From: Neodothiora populina
Taxonomy: Eukaryota
Assembly (NCBI RefSeq): GCF_041146345.1
Contig: NW_027191408.1
Coordinates: forward strand, 310,001-374,000
Length of the DNA: 64,000 nt
Direction: 5' to 3'
Made by a program: the position numbers and the translations under genes. Of the stretch, positions 23,857 to 40,324 are shown one piece after another; position 1 is the first letter of the stretch; the number at the start of each line of letters is the position of its first letter. The notes under the pieces are model-generated. The model did not search any database, was not told the origin of the DNA, and worked only from the letters and a program-made list of their open reading frames with translations.

Positions 23857-26800
23857 TTACTCATCTGGTGCTCCTGTGATCGCTTCTGGCTCACTGCTCT
23901 GGTGAGTGCATGTGCTCACGAATGATGACCCTCCTTGAGACGATGCAACTCTGCTGTCATCTTCTTCCTCCTTGTCCGACTTCTCCTCCTGCCTACCCGA
24001 CACCTCCATACTAGGTGTATCCTTGCCCAGTGTCAAGTTCATAAACTTCAGTGTTGTTTCAAGCTCGTTCTGTAATTCCACAAGATTGTCCGTTGGCACG
24101 CTCCCAGGCGATTTCTCAATGCGCTGTCGGAATGCGCGAAGAGTGCGACATAGCTGCTCGGTCGACGCTGACACGCTGCCAAATCCTCTCGACTCAGGTC
24201 TGGTAGGGCTGCTGATACCCTTGTCCGATTCAACCGTCGACATACTTTTCCCCCGAGTCGGTCTTACATTGACATGTCCTGTGTGACCCGGATGTCTGGT
24301 CCGCGTGGGACTCGATGGCAACGACCCTGCTGGTGAAGGGGATCTGTGCCTAGACTTTACACTCTGATTGACTCTGGAGCTGTTCAGAGGGCTAGGGTCC
24401 AGTCGCGGGGTAGTCTTCACTCCCAAACGCGAGCTCTTGTGCTTTAGCGTTGTGGGCAGCCTCATGGCAGCTGCGGCCGTGGGCGACTGCGGCTCGTTCT
24501 CGGATGCCTCCATAGATTGCGTGCGATGAAATCTCGCGAGCTCGGAATGTGATATAACCTTCCTGAGAGGCTGAGCGACTGATGGCATTGTCGTCCCGCC
24601 AGCTGCAGGAACCTGCAGGCTGTGGTCAGAACCGCTGGAGTCTGGCCTCCTCGACTCAGTGTCCCAGACAAATATGGTCCCATCAGCTGCCACAGTGACA
24701 ACTTTGGAGTACTCATCTCCATCACCAGGCTGTATCACTGCTATGTCTGTTACGCCTTCGGTGTGTCCCCAGTCGCGAGCCAGAAGTGATCCGTCTTCGG
24801 TGTATAATCGCACAGACTTGTCGCTCGACGACACACCCGCGACAATAGGAGGCCCCGTGGATGAAGGAAGGTGTGCCAGGCTGGACATGGTCACTGCATC
24901 TCCGCCATCGCCGTCTGCCGCCTTGAAAGAGGAGACGATCCGTCCGCTGTGAGTATTCACAAGGTTTATGCATCGATCTGTACTGGACAGCAGGACGATG
25001 TCTTGGTAGACAGACGGTCGCATCGACGTCGGAGAGTTCTTTAGCGTGATTGTCCTTGTGATCACGAAGACAACAGGGCTGCCGTCGTCACGGTTGACAG
25101 CTTCGCGAACAACAATTGTTCTGTCAGCTGAGCATGAAATGAGCTGTCTCCCTGCCTTTGCAAACATCATACATGTCACCGAGCCAGCGTGTTCGTCGAG
25201 TGTTTGCGAGAGCACCAACCCATCCGGTGTTAGTATAAAAAGCTGTATCGTGCGATCACGACTGCCTGACGCAACCAATGTTCGTTCTGGAGTCTCAAGG
25301 ATGGCAATGTCTGTGACTTCTCCCGAATGTGCTCTGATGCATGATGTAACATCCCCAGAGTTTGTGTCGCTCAGTCTACGATGAATTAGCAAAATGTTCA
25401 GTACTTACATTGAGAAACAAAAACGAGAGAACTCACCTGAGCATGCCATACCGATCACCGCTGATCGTCAGAGATGATGACGCTGATGTGACACTCTTGA
25501 GCTCATTTGTAACGTTGTAGACGTCAACCGACTGACTCATCGGTATCTTGAGCGAAGCTGCCATCTCACAGTCAGAGGTCCAGTATATGACAGTCCCGCC
25601 AGCAGACCAGGTAAGAAATGCTGCGTCCGACTTGTTGGGCATTGGTAGAGCCCGCACTCCGAGGACTGCGTCCGCGTGAGCTGGCACCGCGTAAAATGCA
25701 GGACTGATCTCCTCATCGTTGACGCCAGGAGACCGCCTCAGCTGGACTCCGTGATGGTTATCAACCGTGATAGCGATGTCAGCCACTGCACCGATGGCCA
25801 CGAAATGAGTGGAGTTAATGGATGTGCTTTTCGTAGGCGTGGATGATCCAGAAGGTGTGCCAGCCGGCACGGCCGCGTTCTGCAGCCCTGTCATGTCCAG
25901 TGCCTTCATAGTCCCGTCTGAGCCAGTGACCAGCAACCGGGTCGGCCCATCCAGACACGCTGCTGTTACACTAAAACCCATAATTGCTACCCTGGTCAAT
26001 CGCTGACTTCTTTCAGAATCATCTAATATGCAAACGTCACCGCCATCTGAACAGACGATGGCCTTGTCCTCGGCAAAGGGTACTACGCAGGTGAAAGTGG
26101 CCTCCTGAAGATCACCGAGGACTGCATTCCGACCGACAAGAGGTTTGGGACCTCTGAATTTCTGATCCGGCGTTGCTTCGCTTCCAGGCGACGTTTCTTG
26201 GGGTCGCCAGACCTTGACGAATCTGAGACCGACAGTGACCAGATTGCTGCCGATCCAAGCCATCTGCTTGATGACATTGGTACACCTGTTGCTAGCAACG
26301 AGCGAGGCAGCTCCAGATCGCTCGTCGATACTCCAGATATACAGGAACCCATCGTTGACAGCACCCAGGCTCGCAAGATACTTGGAGTCTGGGCTGAAGG
26401 AGACTGCTTGTACGCCGAAAGTATGCTCTGTTATTGTTGCTGCTGGCACGTCGTGAGGGGCCCTCTCATCCAGTGAGAAGATGAGTACACGAGGTTTATA
26501 ACCAGTTTCCCCCACCGCTATATATTTGCCATTGAAGCTGAAGGACAGCGTGGTGGCCGCTTTGACTCTCTCTTTTACATTGCCTTGCTTGGAGCTCGGC
26601 GACTCTGCCCAGTCCGAGCGCGGTGAGTGGGAGGCGCCGTAATCTCGAGTCTGCAGAGGACTTTTGTAGCGAGCGTCAGGACTGTCTCTTCCCACGCTGT
26701 TGGTGTAGAGCAGTGTCCGTGACGTCGAAGACTGAACCGGATTCGCCCTGTAGAATCGTTGTGTGATTGCACCATGGTCGTCAATGGTTGCAACAACAGC

Positions 26801-27037
26801 AGCAGCCCCTGCGGTATAGGCAAAAGCCCGCAGAGGTGACGAAGGCACACAGTCAAAGCAAGTGACGCTTTGGCAAGTTGTACCGATTACGCGTTTCAGA
26901 GCCAGGCCGAGGTCTTGACTGCCCTTTCCGTTGTGGGTTGTTGTAATGGGAGACCGAGGTGCGGATGCATGATATGCCCTGATCAGAGGACTGTTGGAAG
27001 TGTTCGAAGGCGTGCCTGCTCGCTGCCCACGATTCAT
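23857..27037 (-). CDS. WD40-repeat protein (WDR62/MAPKBP1-like); 2 exons
   Basis: LKRVIGTT, AYTAGAAAVV, YIAVGETGYKPRVLIF, EHTFGVQAVSFSPDSKYLASLG, ARDWGHTEGVTD and a C-terminal coiled coil. Intron 25376-25436. First in-frame ATG at 27037. Confidence 0.82.
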
Positions 27038-27795
27038 ACTGCCTGTCGCTGCAGAAGTTGTCGTCTCCTTTTCGAATGCCACGGAACTCGAGGATGATGC
27101 CAGCCGTGCATTGGTACCATGTCTAAGCAACCATCTCAGCGACGCTGTTTTTGTTTACTGGGCGGGCTTGGGCTGGAGCTTCTTGTTTACAGGAATGTCG
27201 TGTCTAAAGACTCTCGACCACCTACTTATTCCGTCAATGCTCTCCCCTCACGACAACGCAACATCACTGGCGATCACAAAACCCCTGACGCGATCTAAAC
27301 AATTCAGACCTGTCATCCAAATCCGACTTGGGCGGTGGGAGGTGCTAGTGCTAATGATGACACTCCTACTTCAGAATACACGGGACGCGATGTGGGGTGA
27401 GCAGGGCTCGTCCATACCATCATCGTACCAAAGCCAATATACAGCCACGGAGAACTTCTTCCTTCTCGTCCGCTCGCATCGCGAGGTGTCGTGTTGGCCA
27501 AAGTATACATGCATGTTACAATCACACGAAAGGTGCTCACCTTTGGGGCATTTCGTGAATTTAAAGTTACGTGTGAGGACATACAAAAGAGCTGCAAGCT
27601 GCCACTTACGGCAACATTGCAGCCTCCAAGGCTAAATGGCGTTGGCTTATATGTCAACAGTGTGGTATATTGGAAAAGACATGGCAATAGCCTGCTCAGC
27701 CATGTGTCTGTCCACATACGCTGAGCAGATGTGTGTGAACCCTCATGAACAAAAGACAAACACTCTGTCATTATTATGCATCGCTACACTCACCC

Positions 27796-30044
27796 TTACT
27801 TCCTGCTGGCGTGCACAATCTCGATAATCTTATCAACAACCGAGGGGTCGGAGAGCTGCAGTCACAGGGATTAGTTTCGTGGTGTCGTCATACCTGCAGG
27901 AACAGAAACTTACAGTAGAGGTATCACCAAGCTGATCTTCTTCGCCAGCGAGAATTTTACGCAAGACTCGGCGCATAATCTTTCCTGAGCGCGTCTTCGG
28001 CAAATCAGGCACGACGTGTACTGCCTTGGGTGCTGCGAATGGTCCAATGCTCTTTCTTACTTGAAGGATAAGATCCTTGCGCAGGGCGTCATTTGTCTCG
28101 TTACCGTCCTTGATAGCAACAAAGGCATTGACGGCTTGTCCAGTCAGCTCATCCGAGACACCGACCACAGCGGCTTCTGCGACAGCGTGGTGCTCGATCA
28201 GAGCAGCCTCGATCTCGGCCGTCGACAAACGATGTCCGGAAACATTGACCACGTCGTCAACACGGCCACGAATCCAGTAATAGCCCTCGTGGTCTCTTGC
28301 TGCTCCATCTCCGGTGAACTAGGAGGGGTTTGTTAGCCTCATGCCATACTCCAAAACACCATCAGCATCGCCATGACTCACGTAGTAGCCCTTGTATACG
28401 TTAAGGTATGTGTCCATATATCTCTTGTGTGCACCCCAGACGGTTCTAGCCATTGAAGGCCATGCCTGCTTGAAGGCGAGAACGCCTTCAACGTCGTTAC
28501 CGTGGATCTCCTCGCCAGAAACGGGGTCGATGATTGCGGGTTCGACTCCAAAGAAGGGGAGTGATGCACTTCCCGGCTTGGTCGGCGTGACACCTCCCAG
28601 AGGTGTGATCACATGGGAGCCGGTTTCGGTCTGCCAATATGTCTGTGAAAATTGTTAGTCACTCCGAAGGGAGACGCAAAACACAAAGAAAGAAAACTGA
28701 CGTCGACGATGTGAGCCTCCTCCTTTCCAACAATCTCAAAGTACCACTTCCAGACTTCCGCAGCAATAGGTTCTCCGACGCTACCAAGCACTCGCAAGTG
28801 CTTCATGTCGTGCTTCACATGGTGGTCACCCGCACGTTTGAGTAGTCGCAGAGCAGTCGGAGCAACATAGAATTGCGTGACCTCGTGCTTGGCAACGACT
28901 TCCCAGTATCTGCTGAAATCAGGGTACGCTGGAGTGCCTTCGAAAACGACGGTGGCAACACCAAGCAGCAGCGGTGCGTAGACGACGTATGTGTGACCGG
29001 TAATCCAACCGACGTCGCCTCCACAGAAGAACTTGTCATCATCGTGAAGGTCGAAGACGTATTTGCCAGTCATGGCTGCGCCCAGAAGGTATCCACCGGT
29101 CGTGTGCATGACTCCCTTGGGTTTGCCAGTGGAGCCAGATGTGTAGAGAAGGAAGAGGGGGTCCTCGGAGTTCATGCTCTCGGGAGCAATGTAGTTGGGG
29201 TACTTCTCCACCTCCTCGTGCCACCACCAATCTCTGCCCGAAGTCATTGGCACTTCAGCACCAGTGCGTTTGTATACAAGACAGTGAGTGATGTCAGGGC
29301 ATTGCTTCAGAGCATCGTCGACAATCTTCTTGGTGCTGATGAGCTTGCCTCCACGCTTGCCCTCATCGGTGGTGATGACAACCTTGGACTGGGCATCGAT
29401 GATGCGATCACGCAGGGAATCTGAAGAAAAGCCGGCGAAGACGACTGAGTGGACAGCACCAATACGGGTACACGCAAGGAAAGCAATCAAAGCTTCAGGA
29501 ATCATGGGAAGATAGATGGCAACGGTATCGCCCTTCTTGACACCCATCTGCTTGAGTACGTAGGCGAGTCTGCTCACTTCGCGTAAGAGCTCGCCATATG
29601 TGATTATGCGGCCCTCATTGACCTCATCGGCCTCATAGATGATGGCGGGCTTGTTAGGGTTCTTGAAGGCGTGACGGTCCACGCAGTTGTATGATGCATT
29701 CAGACGACCCTCGAGGAACCAGGCAATGTCACCCTCGGCCAATGAGCCAGATCGCACGGTCTGGAAGTCACGCTCCCAGGTAAGCAGCTCACGAGCCCTC
29801 TCTCCCCAGAACTTGTCAGGCTTCTCAATGGACTCCTTGTATAACTTCTGATAGTGCTCAAGCCCGTCGAGATGTGGTCTAGTTGGGTGCTTGCTGTGCG
29901 CGCAGGATTAGTGATGTGCTATGATGCACAGGACATGCTTCGGGGATCGCCTTACTCAAAGAACGCCTTGGGAACGTGGTAAGTATCGACCTCGTGTGCC
30001 TCAGGCACAACAGGTGCCGAGGGCTTGACCTTTCCTTCAGACAT
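27796..30044 (-). CDS. ACS1: Acetyl-CoA synthetase (AMP-forming); 5 exons
   Basis: [61 protein letters not shown]. Starts [20 protein letters not shown] and ends [19 protein letters not shown]. Equivalent to Aspergillus facA. Confidence 0.96.
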
Positions 30045-30421
30045 GATCGCGAAGGTCTCGAGGTGGAGGAGAAGACTGAGATGTATGAGTAACGTAGAGA
30101 GGAGGAAGGAGAGCAGGATACTCGGCGGACGGACTTACTTGTATACAACAAAAATATGCTAGCCGGACCCGAGGAAGACCGGATAGATGGACTTTTGGGG
30201 GCGCCTGCCTAACTTCTCCAACTCGAGGTAATCACTTTCCCGAAATTTGTCAATCGGCTCAGGAGTGCCTGTATTGACTTGGACTGCAAGTACGAGTGAG
30301 AGATCAATCGTATATCAGGAAGGTACACGTCTTCGAGCTGGCACACTGCGACAGAGGATCACATCAAGGAAGAAACAAATGGGTTTTTAGCTTTCGAGCT
30401 GCCATAAATCAATTTGTGCTG

Positions 30422-30721
30422 CCCCGCCGCGAACCACGACTATGCGGGGATGAGGAAGTTTGAAAGCACAGACCTCGGTACTCATAATGTACTCCCTTTG
30501 TGCCGACTGAATCAATGGCTCTGCATTACCTAAAGCTGCCTTGGGTAAGGTACAGTGCAGGACGGCAGCACCGCTTCTGTGCCCTACCTCTTTACAGCAT
30601 GCCACCACCCACCGTGATCCCAATTCATTACACCCTGAATCCACCCGGCGGCCCCTAAGCTTAGCCTGTATTTACCTTACCCCAGAAGCTGCGAGGACTT
30701 GACTTTGCCAACGCTCTGGGG
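30422..30721. promoter_or_regulatory. Paired CreA/Cre1-type SYGGRG sites upstream of acetyl-CoA synthetase
   Basis: Inverted pairs CCCCGC 30422 / GCGGGG 30444 and CCCCAG 30680 / CTGGGG 30716. facA orthologs are known to be carbon-catabolite repressed. The motif is short, so chance matches are possible. Confidence 0.4.
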
Positions 30722-32230
30722 TTCTCGAACATCAGAAGCCCCTTGGCAGCCTTATTTGAGTAAATGCTGCTCATGTGATGCGAGTTTCTTCAAACAGTAA
30801 GAGACACAACCGAGTCCTTGGAGGTCGAGGCAGTCTCATCTCTCGGCCGTGTTTCGCTAACAAGGACCGGGAGAGCGGGACGAGCGTCTCTCTGACCAGT
30901 CCGGCATGATACTCGTCGAATCGCTATGTGGCACAAGCGTTGCATGAGCCGATCGCGGAAGACGATATCGCAAGGGACAGAACAGGCGCGCTGCGTCGAA
31001 GGGCTGCATGCTGTTCGCATACCGGAGGTGCATTCTAATAATGTGCGGTGCAATATGCAATAAACACTCGGTGGGAACCACGTGAAGATGTGCATGCCTG
31101 TTGGCTACCACGTCCCGTACACGCTACCGTCACGACGGATCACGTTTGTGCTTCGCTCTAGGTGAGCGGACGGACGTGTCGTCCGACAAAGTAAAATTGC
31201 ATTGAGTTGCCCTTTCATCTACGAGAGTATGACTTCGAGTAAACACGGTGTAGATTACATGACCATGCATGCCAAGAGCAAATACATGACTCTTCTATAT
31301 TGTAAGGTTGAGCCTTGGGATTAGTGGCCCCATTGGTGTTTTCTACCTGATATCTCTAGACACAGAGTGGTATAGATCGACTGCTGGGCTGGGTTAAAGA
31401 GGTGTGTCAGCTTGTAGCTCTATTCTACTGTATCGCTGAATGATGAGCGCCAAACTTAGATAAGCGATGAGACGCTGGTCGCAGGTAGGCACTTTGCATT
31501 TTCGTTGCTCCTGCTCTTTACAGAGTGCTATACAATATATATGTACAGTATTTTGGCGTCCCCACTCTTTCCCCACAGGCCTCTCTATAACATTCAATAT
31601 CTTCGACTGTGGATCTTACAGTACTGTAAAGTCGGAATGTTACATCGTGATCAGAAGATCGCTCCTTGACGTGGATTGACTTTATACTGATAGTCGGTTC
31701 ATCAAGCACGAAGCAAAAAGATATCCTCTTCGAGTTGTTGAGTGATTGAGGATGGGTACTTCAAGCTCTTTATGGCGGCGTCTGAAAGTTATCGCGCGGT
31801 TGCTTGCCCATTGCCCAGTTAGAGACGACGTCTGCTATCCACCTGCCCACAGCAGATCAGATGTTGGGAGTCCTCGAGCATGATCAGCGACAATCGTAAC
31901 TCTCGCAACGGATCTCCTGCTGATCGATGCCGCATTGGTTCTACTTGCGACTGCAGGGACAGACGTTGGTAAGGCGTATAGTTTTGTTGAGCTGCAGAGA
32001 AGGATGGCATGACTCGCACATCAACACATACAGTGTGCAGTAGATTCCATAGTCTGGTGTCCACGCTGTCTGATGTCTAATCGCTGCAGATTCTTATCAC
32101 GATATGTCGTACCCCTGTTTAGGCGCAGGAAATGATGGACCGTCTCACGACCTCTGGCATGGTCTCGGAAATAATCTTTACTGCCTTAGCTCGGCAATCT
32201 GTTGAGTGAGCTGATTGCGCTTGCCGGCTT

Positions 32231-33283
32231 TCATGTAACCCTCGAATCGATGCCGTAAACATTGCTATAGCACTCATCGACCGGTGGACAGCTGAATTGA
32301 TTAGATCGGCGAGAAACTCTTCAACATGAGCAGTAGCCCTGGAACTTACTGTACTGCGTCCCGACCGAAGATGACATGCCAAAGGTATTCAAAGACGCGG
32401 CCACTGATTTCGTCTTCGAGATCAGTGTCCATCAGCCACTTATGGTACCAGATATACTCCTCTCTCGAACGTTTCAAGATTTGTTCACGAGACACAGCAA
32501 ATTGTGCGCAACAAGCAACCGCGATCACCTCTGGCACATGTGAACTGTTGAACATGGTCTGCCACGCATCGGCAAAGGCCAATTCAGTACGATGGTCCTT
32601 GTCCTTCCTCCAAGGATGGATCTCACTTGGGCATCCAGGACGAGCAAGACACCTAAGGTTAGCATAACCATTCTTTCGCACGTAGTCGAGCTTCAGCGTT
32701 TGAAGCGATCGACCATTGTCTAATTTTGCAGCGTCGGTGTGCCAGGAACGATGATGGCCATGGATGAATGCTATGATAGATGGCAGGCGATCATAGTGTT
32801 CTATGATATACGTAAGATATGCATTTGCCTCATTGCCCTTGTTTATCGCAGTATGCAGAGGTGCATCCGGATCGTCCACTGTATATATAGCATGGTGCCA
32901 ACTTGTGAAGGTAAGGTCAGCCACAACCGGTTGCGTTCACGGATCTTTACTTCCACTTACTCGGGAAGCTCGGCCTCAACCCACTCTATACTCTGGTTCT
33001 GCAGCCTTCCCAGAACAACAACCTTGTCTTCCTTTTCTCCAGAGAAAGGCACACGTTCAATCGTCGACATGTTCCCCGATTCCAATGACTTTACGATGGT
33101 CTTGAAGATGCTGTCGAAGCCTTCCTGCTTACTAGCACTCCCTTGGAAGGCAAAACCGACGCCTCGGCTCATCTCGCCTGACGATCCATCTCGCTGGAAT
33201 AGAAGACTGGCAAGGCAACCTCTAACATAAATCAAACTGCAAAGGATGATGACAGCACAGCTGATGCGGACCAAGCTCTTCAT
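32231..33283 (-). CDS. DUF3431-family protein with an N-terminal membrane anchor; 3 exons
   Basis: NKGNEANAYLTYIIEHYDRLP..IAFIHGH, GYANLRC, ACCAQFAVSREQILKRS, SGRVFEYLWHVIFG. The last exon, HCPPVDECYSNVYG..., follows a GTAAGT intron. Confidence 0.85.
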
Positions 33284-34106
33284 AGCAATATAACGACACT
33301 CGAAATCAGCGAGAGCGTTCAGACATGAGCACAATAACAACAACCAACAAAACAGCAACAGTAACAGACGGATCCGGCCGGTAGAGGGCCATACTCTTCC
33401 TTTTGATCATTTACATGTACCTAACTTTGACAAGTACCCAAGGTCCTCATATGCCGCGGGACCCGCTGCCAAATGTGCCTAGATGACTGGCGGCCACTGC
33501 GAAATTCATGGCATTGTGGCGCTGCACAAATAAACACACCTACATCGGGCAAAGCTCTTGTTCATTGCGTAGCGCCACGGCAGTTCGGACATTTTGTTTT
33601 TAGGGTTCAACTGGAATTAAGGAGTCATGAAGATGAATAGGAGCTGAAGTCTATCCGCCATAGCGGAGAAACGTAGGCCCGGAGTAACACCTTGTTTTGC
33701 CCAACCATAGAAGAGGTCGTCAGCGATCTCTGAAGACGATGTCGTGTGACAGGTGCCTCGTAGCTCTAAAGGTATAACAATTACAGTCGCATCACTCGGG
33801 CACGATCTAGGACAATACTCAGAAGATTACAATGTAGAATGGCAGGCTTCGAGAAGAACAAATGTTATCTGCATGACAGCGAAGGTGAATCACCGGGGGG
33901 GAGCATTAGAAATTTGCATTTGACGTGAAATTCTTTTCGAGTCAGGTATAAGGAACCCAGAAACTCATGTAACCCTAGACAATCGAGGACTCCTGTGAAG
34001 TCATATTGCGCTGCAATGACTTTTTTGATAACCCTGCAACTGCCAAACCCCAAGTGCACGCGCCGCCCCGACCCAAGCAATCTCAGAACCAGTGGATGGT
34101 AGAAAT

Positions 34107-34973
34107 CTACTTGCGCATGGAGGAAGCTCTGCGCTTCTTCATCTCAGTTTGCTTGGCCTTCTCCTCACCAACACGCTTGTGGAGGATCTGAGCGTACTCG
34201 GCCTGAAGGAGATTGTTAGCATGTTTGTCTTTCGTCTAACGGAAGCAAGTGGTACGTACGGCAGCGTCCTTGGAGGCCTCAGCTTGGCGGCGCTTGAGTG
34301 CGATTCTGTGGCGCTTGTGCTGGAGGCGCTGGGGAGTGACGAGGCGCTGGATGCGAGGGGCCTTGGTGTAAGGCTTCTTGCCCTCGCCCTTGGGCTGGAC
34401 CTCACGGCGGATAACGAACTTGCGGACCTAATTGCGAAAAACCAGGTCAGAAAAATTGGTTCAATCAGACTCGACCCATGTGAACTGGGCCGGCGAAGAT
34501 GATAAGGGAAGACCTACATCATCCTCCTTGCTGAGACCGAAGAAACGACGGATCTTGGTGGCTCTCTTGGGGCCGAGGCGCTTGGGGTGAACGGTGTCGG
34601 TGAGACCGGGGATGTCGTTCTCGCCCTGCTTGACGATGGAGAGGGCAAGGACAGAAAGGTCCATGGCGACGATGCAGCCACGGACGGACTTTCTCTTGCG
34701 CTCACCAGTGCGGCGGGCACGGTAGCAAGAGTGGCCGTCAGCGAGGAGAAGTCTGACACGAGTAGGGTGCATGACACCCTGCTTCATGGGGAAACCCTGC
34801 TTGTCGTTGCCTCCGGTGATCTTGAAAACGTATCCTTTCCACTCGTCACCGACGCTGTCGGCGGAGACTTCCTGGCCCATACGGCGGTCCATGAAGACGC
34901 GCAGGCGGCGCTCATCTTCGATCTCGACGAGCTTCTGAGAGCCGTTCGCTGGGTAGGAGATGTTGAGCTTCAT
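34107..34973 (-). CDS. RPS6: 40S ribosomal protein S6 (eS6); 3 exons
   Basis: [55 protein letters not shown]-terminal KRRASSMRK. Introns at 34428-34517 and 34203-34259. Confidence 0.98.
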
Positions 34974-35578
34974 GGTGATTGTCGGGGCGAAGCTGTCGTC
35001 GTGTCGCTGGCTGATCAGATGGAAAACGCTGCACGAAAAGTGGATGTAAATTCAGCTTCGCTTAGGCCTCGTGATTCTGAATTTCTGAAGGTGCGCCAAG
35101 CCTCCGTGGGCCGACTTCTTGGCATTCAACACCGACAACTGCAGCCCTCAGCTTTCTTTCTCCGCTTCTCACCATATTCAGCTAGTGCGTGTTAACTGCG
35201 ACCCTACTTGTACTGCACTGCATCCTTATACTTGATGGCTATGGGTTCGCCGGCTATAGGCCAAGTCTCGATGATAGCTGTACACCTCAAGATGTCTCTA
35301 CCAAGTCCTCTAGTTGCCGGACTGCATCCTTACATTCTTTTGTGCCTTCGAGACTCGGCTATTCCGACAACGAAAACGAAGATTGATTAGGCTGAAGGCA
35401 TTACATTCCCCAAGACCCCGTGCTCATCACATTGGATTGCACTTCACGTAGGTGACAGTAAGGTGGCAGACCGCATCATCCTTTTGATACATTATATTGA
35501 CCTGTAATGGCTACTATATCTTCCAAGTATATATCGAGCAGACTTCTCTTCTGCTTTCATATAATCGATATTGAAAGA

Positions 35579-37455
35579 TCAGAGCTCGCCGGCAGCATTC
35601 TTCTCCCCGTCGAGAGTCTCGTGGTGGGTGGCCACATCTTGCTTCCTCTCGATCTGCTCGATACGCTGTTCGAGATCATGTGTTTCGAGGTCATGACGCT
35701 TCATGCCTGGCACAAACAGTGGTGCGTTGGTGAACAAGTAGTTCATCTCCTCAAGAGGACGGCCGGCAGTCTCAGGCATGAATGCCCAGAAGAAAATGGC
35801 GTTGGTGAAGTTGCAAATGATGAAGCTGGAAACAAAAATCAGCGATGAAGTAACAACTCGCCTCTGAATTATTGACTTACAGGTAGTACCAGCGATATCC
35901 AATTGTTTCCATTGCGACGGATGTAGTTTGTCCAACCATGGTGTTGAATGCAAAAGATACCATCACTGAGATGGAGACACCCTTCGATCTGGTGTGAGTG
36001 TCGAAGATCTCGGACTAACTTCTGGTCAGCGGCGCTGTTTTAGTACAGTGTCATTCCAAGTAACCTACGGGGATGATCCAGGACAAGGGACCGCTCGTGG
36101 CAGAGAATGTGTAGTTGTATAGCCAACAGCCTACAACGATGAATCCCCAACCTGCTGCCTTGTTCGAAGTTTCACCTGTAGGAGGGAAGAGGGCCAGGAG
36201 AATGGTCGAAATGATGAAACAGATTCCGTTGGCGACCATTCCAAGGATTAGCGGCCAGCGACGACCGAGTCTGTCAATCAACATCATACACGAGAACTCT
36301 CCGAGTAATGCAATGATTGACGAGATAGCCTGGTACTTGAGGGTGTCGTTACCATTGATACCGATCTGTTCGAAGATGGTGACGGAATAGTACTGGATAG
36401 CAGAAACGCCGGTCATCTGGACGGATGCCTGCAGAGCGCAGGCGAGGAAGAGGCGACGGAAACTGGATCTGCTCTTGAACAACTCTGAGTATGACTTGGC
36501 CGAATGCTCTCTATCGAAAGCTGCAGCTTCCTGGATCGATTCGAACTCTGCGAGAACCCACGCGTCATTCTCGTTGCCATGAGCGTGCAGACTGGCAAGA
36601 GTCTTGAGTCCCAACTCGGGCTTTCCGTGATCGATGAGCCACTATATTCAGGTCAGTCAGAACTCGTCATGTCTGGATTTGACAAAGACCGACCCTAGGA
36701 CTTTCCGGGAACAGCATGATGAGCATGGCCAACAGACCAGCTGGGATGATCTGCACACCCAGACTGACTCTCCATTGTCGCGAGTCGGTAGGACCAAAGC
36801 CAGTGTAACATCCGAAAGCCGCCCAACTGGCAACAAGCGCACCAATGCCCAACATGAACTGCTGCAGCGAAGTGATTCGCCCACGGATGCTTGGATGTGC
36901 CAATTCTGCTTGGTACAATGGAATGATCATAACCAAGAATCCGACACTGTGGATTTGTCAATAACGGGGCATGAATATCGACCATAGTATATCACATACC
37001 CAAGACCTGCAATGGCTCGACCAGCATAGAGATATGCGAGATCCTGTGCACCGGTCTGGAGACCTCCACCAAGAATGAAGATCACGGCACCAATGAGGAT
37101 AGTCCATTTGCGACCCAGATAGTCACCCACTGGTCCTGCAAAACCCGCTCCGAAGAACGCACCGCCAGTGAACACAGAGACCACAGCACCTCTGCAAGGG
37201 GTTAGCAGTGAAGATAGGGTTGACTTTACTTGACGGACCTTTCATTGTCAGTTGGTTTGAACTCGCTGATGAATGACTGCGATCCAATAGCTCCGGCGAT
37301 GACACCAAGATCGTATCCGTAAAGGACTGAACCTAGAGAGGCAAATACAGCCACGAGGAACTGAGTTCGAGGTAAGCAGCTGCTATACGAGAGTATATCT
37401 ATAGGAGAGTATAGGCTTTCTAGCTTACCTGGTACCATTTAGGTGGAAGACGCAT
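35579..37455 (-). CDS. MFS sugar porter (candidate L-arabinose/pentose or arabino-oligosaccharide transporter); 7 exons
   Basis: MRLPPKWYQ/FLVAVFASLGSVLYGYDLGVI, DYLGRK, YQAELAHPSIRG, PESPR/WL, QMTGVSAIQYY, DRLGRR, PETAGRPLEEM. The substrate is inferred from the neighbouring gene. Confidence 0.9.
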
Positions 37456-37532
37456 GACTGCTAAAGGTCTATATGCAAAGTGTATGAGATGAGTCCTTGA
37501 TGCGCAGAACACTTGACAATTTGCCGTCTTGC

Positions 37533-38096
37533 CTGGGGGTGAACTAAGATCTTATACTGATCATCAAACAACGATCGGGGATGGCAGCAACCAATACACG
37601 CCGTAACATGATCGGGAACGGCACCGCAAACTATACTAACGAGCTTGCGGGGTCGCGTAAGGTTGACCATTCTGTTGTCTCGCCGCCGGTGGTGGCGTTA
37701 CTTGAGCGAAATCGCTTTCAGTAATATGCAAGTTCGGTTGATTACCAGGATAGTCTCCATAAATGAAATATTGCGGGTTGCGGGGTATGGGGCATCTGGA
37801 GTTGTGGAGATGCTGGAGCAAGCGTGGTCTCGGCAAGCCGATATACTTCTGCAGTCCACGATTTCCTTGTTAGACGGAGAAACATCTACGGATAATTCCT
37901 CCAGGCCTCTATTCTCCCTTCACGTATGTTTTCGGCACCCGAGCGACTCGCAAACGATGGTTCTAGTCAGGCAAAAATTAGCCCGCCGGGTGGCTGACCT
38001 GGGCATGAATGCGCGCTGCTGCAAGCCAATGATGTCCATACATGGTTGTCGGATCACTTTGCCGTCCGTTTTGGTTATTAACCGAGTTATGGCTAA
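37533..38096. promoter_or_regulatory. Bidirectional promoter with XlnR/AraR-type and CreA-type motifs
   Basis: CGGATAAT at 37889 and ATTAACCG (=CGGTTAAT) at 38077 fit CGGDTAAW. Also TTAGCC 37978, GGCTGA 37992 and GGCTAA 38091. SYGGRG at 37533, 37647, 37780, 37796, 37804 and 37813. Confidence 0.6.
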
Positions 38097-38376
38097 TATA
38101 GCTTTACTTGCCGTTGCCCAATATCACATGTCGGCAAAGGTTAAACATATAGCATGCGGGAAGGGTCAAGTGAAAGCTAGAAGTCAATGAATCGGGTATA
38201 GGCCGACATTGACCTCGTGGTTCATAAGAAATCTATAGCTCGCCAAAGGCAATTGTACTCGGTACACACTGTTTGCTTGCTTTCATTCGTGATCACATGC
38301 CTCAGTAGCTATTACTTTTTCCAGTAAAACTTGACCTTGAAAAATAGCAACCTGGAAAGATTACACACAAACAATC

Positions 38377-40138
<1,762 letters not shown>

Positions 40139-40324
40139 ATGGCAGGCTTGCAAAGCACGGCAGGTCATGTCAAGGAATAGAATCTGGGGTCTTCCATAGA
40201 AAGATAAGTATAGACGATAGAATATAGATTCATCTCAACAGTCACAAGTCACACTGCTAGGCTCCGATGATTGATGTGTGTTGTTTCTCTCTCAAGATCT
40301 TATTCAGAGCGTGTTCGCTATATA

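Noticed and set aside
25403..25408. Second GTAAGT donor inside the WD-gene intron
   Set aside because: It would leave a 33-nt intron, probably too short, and shift the frame. No supporting structure was seen.
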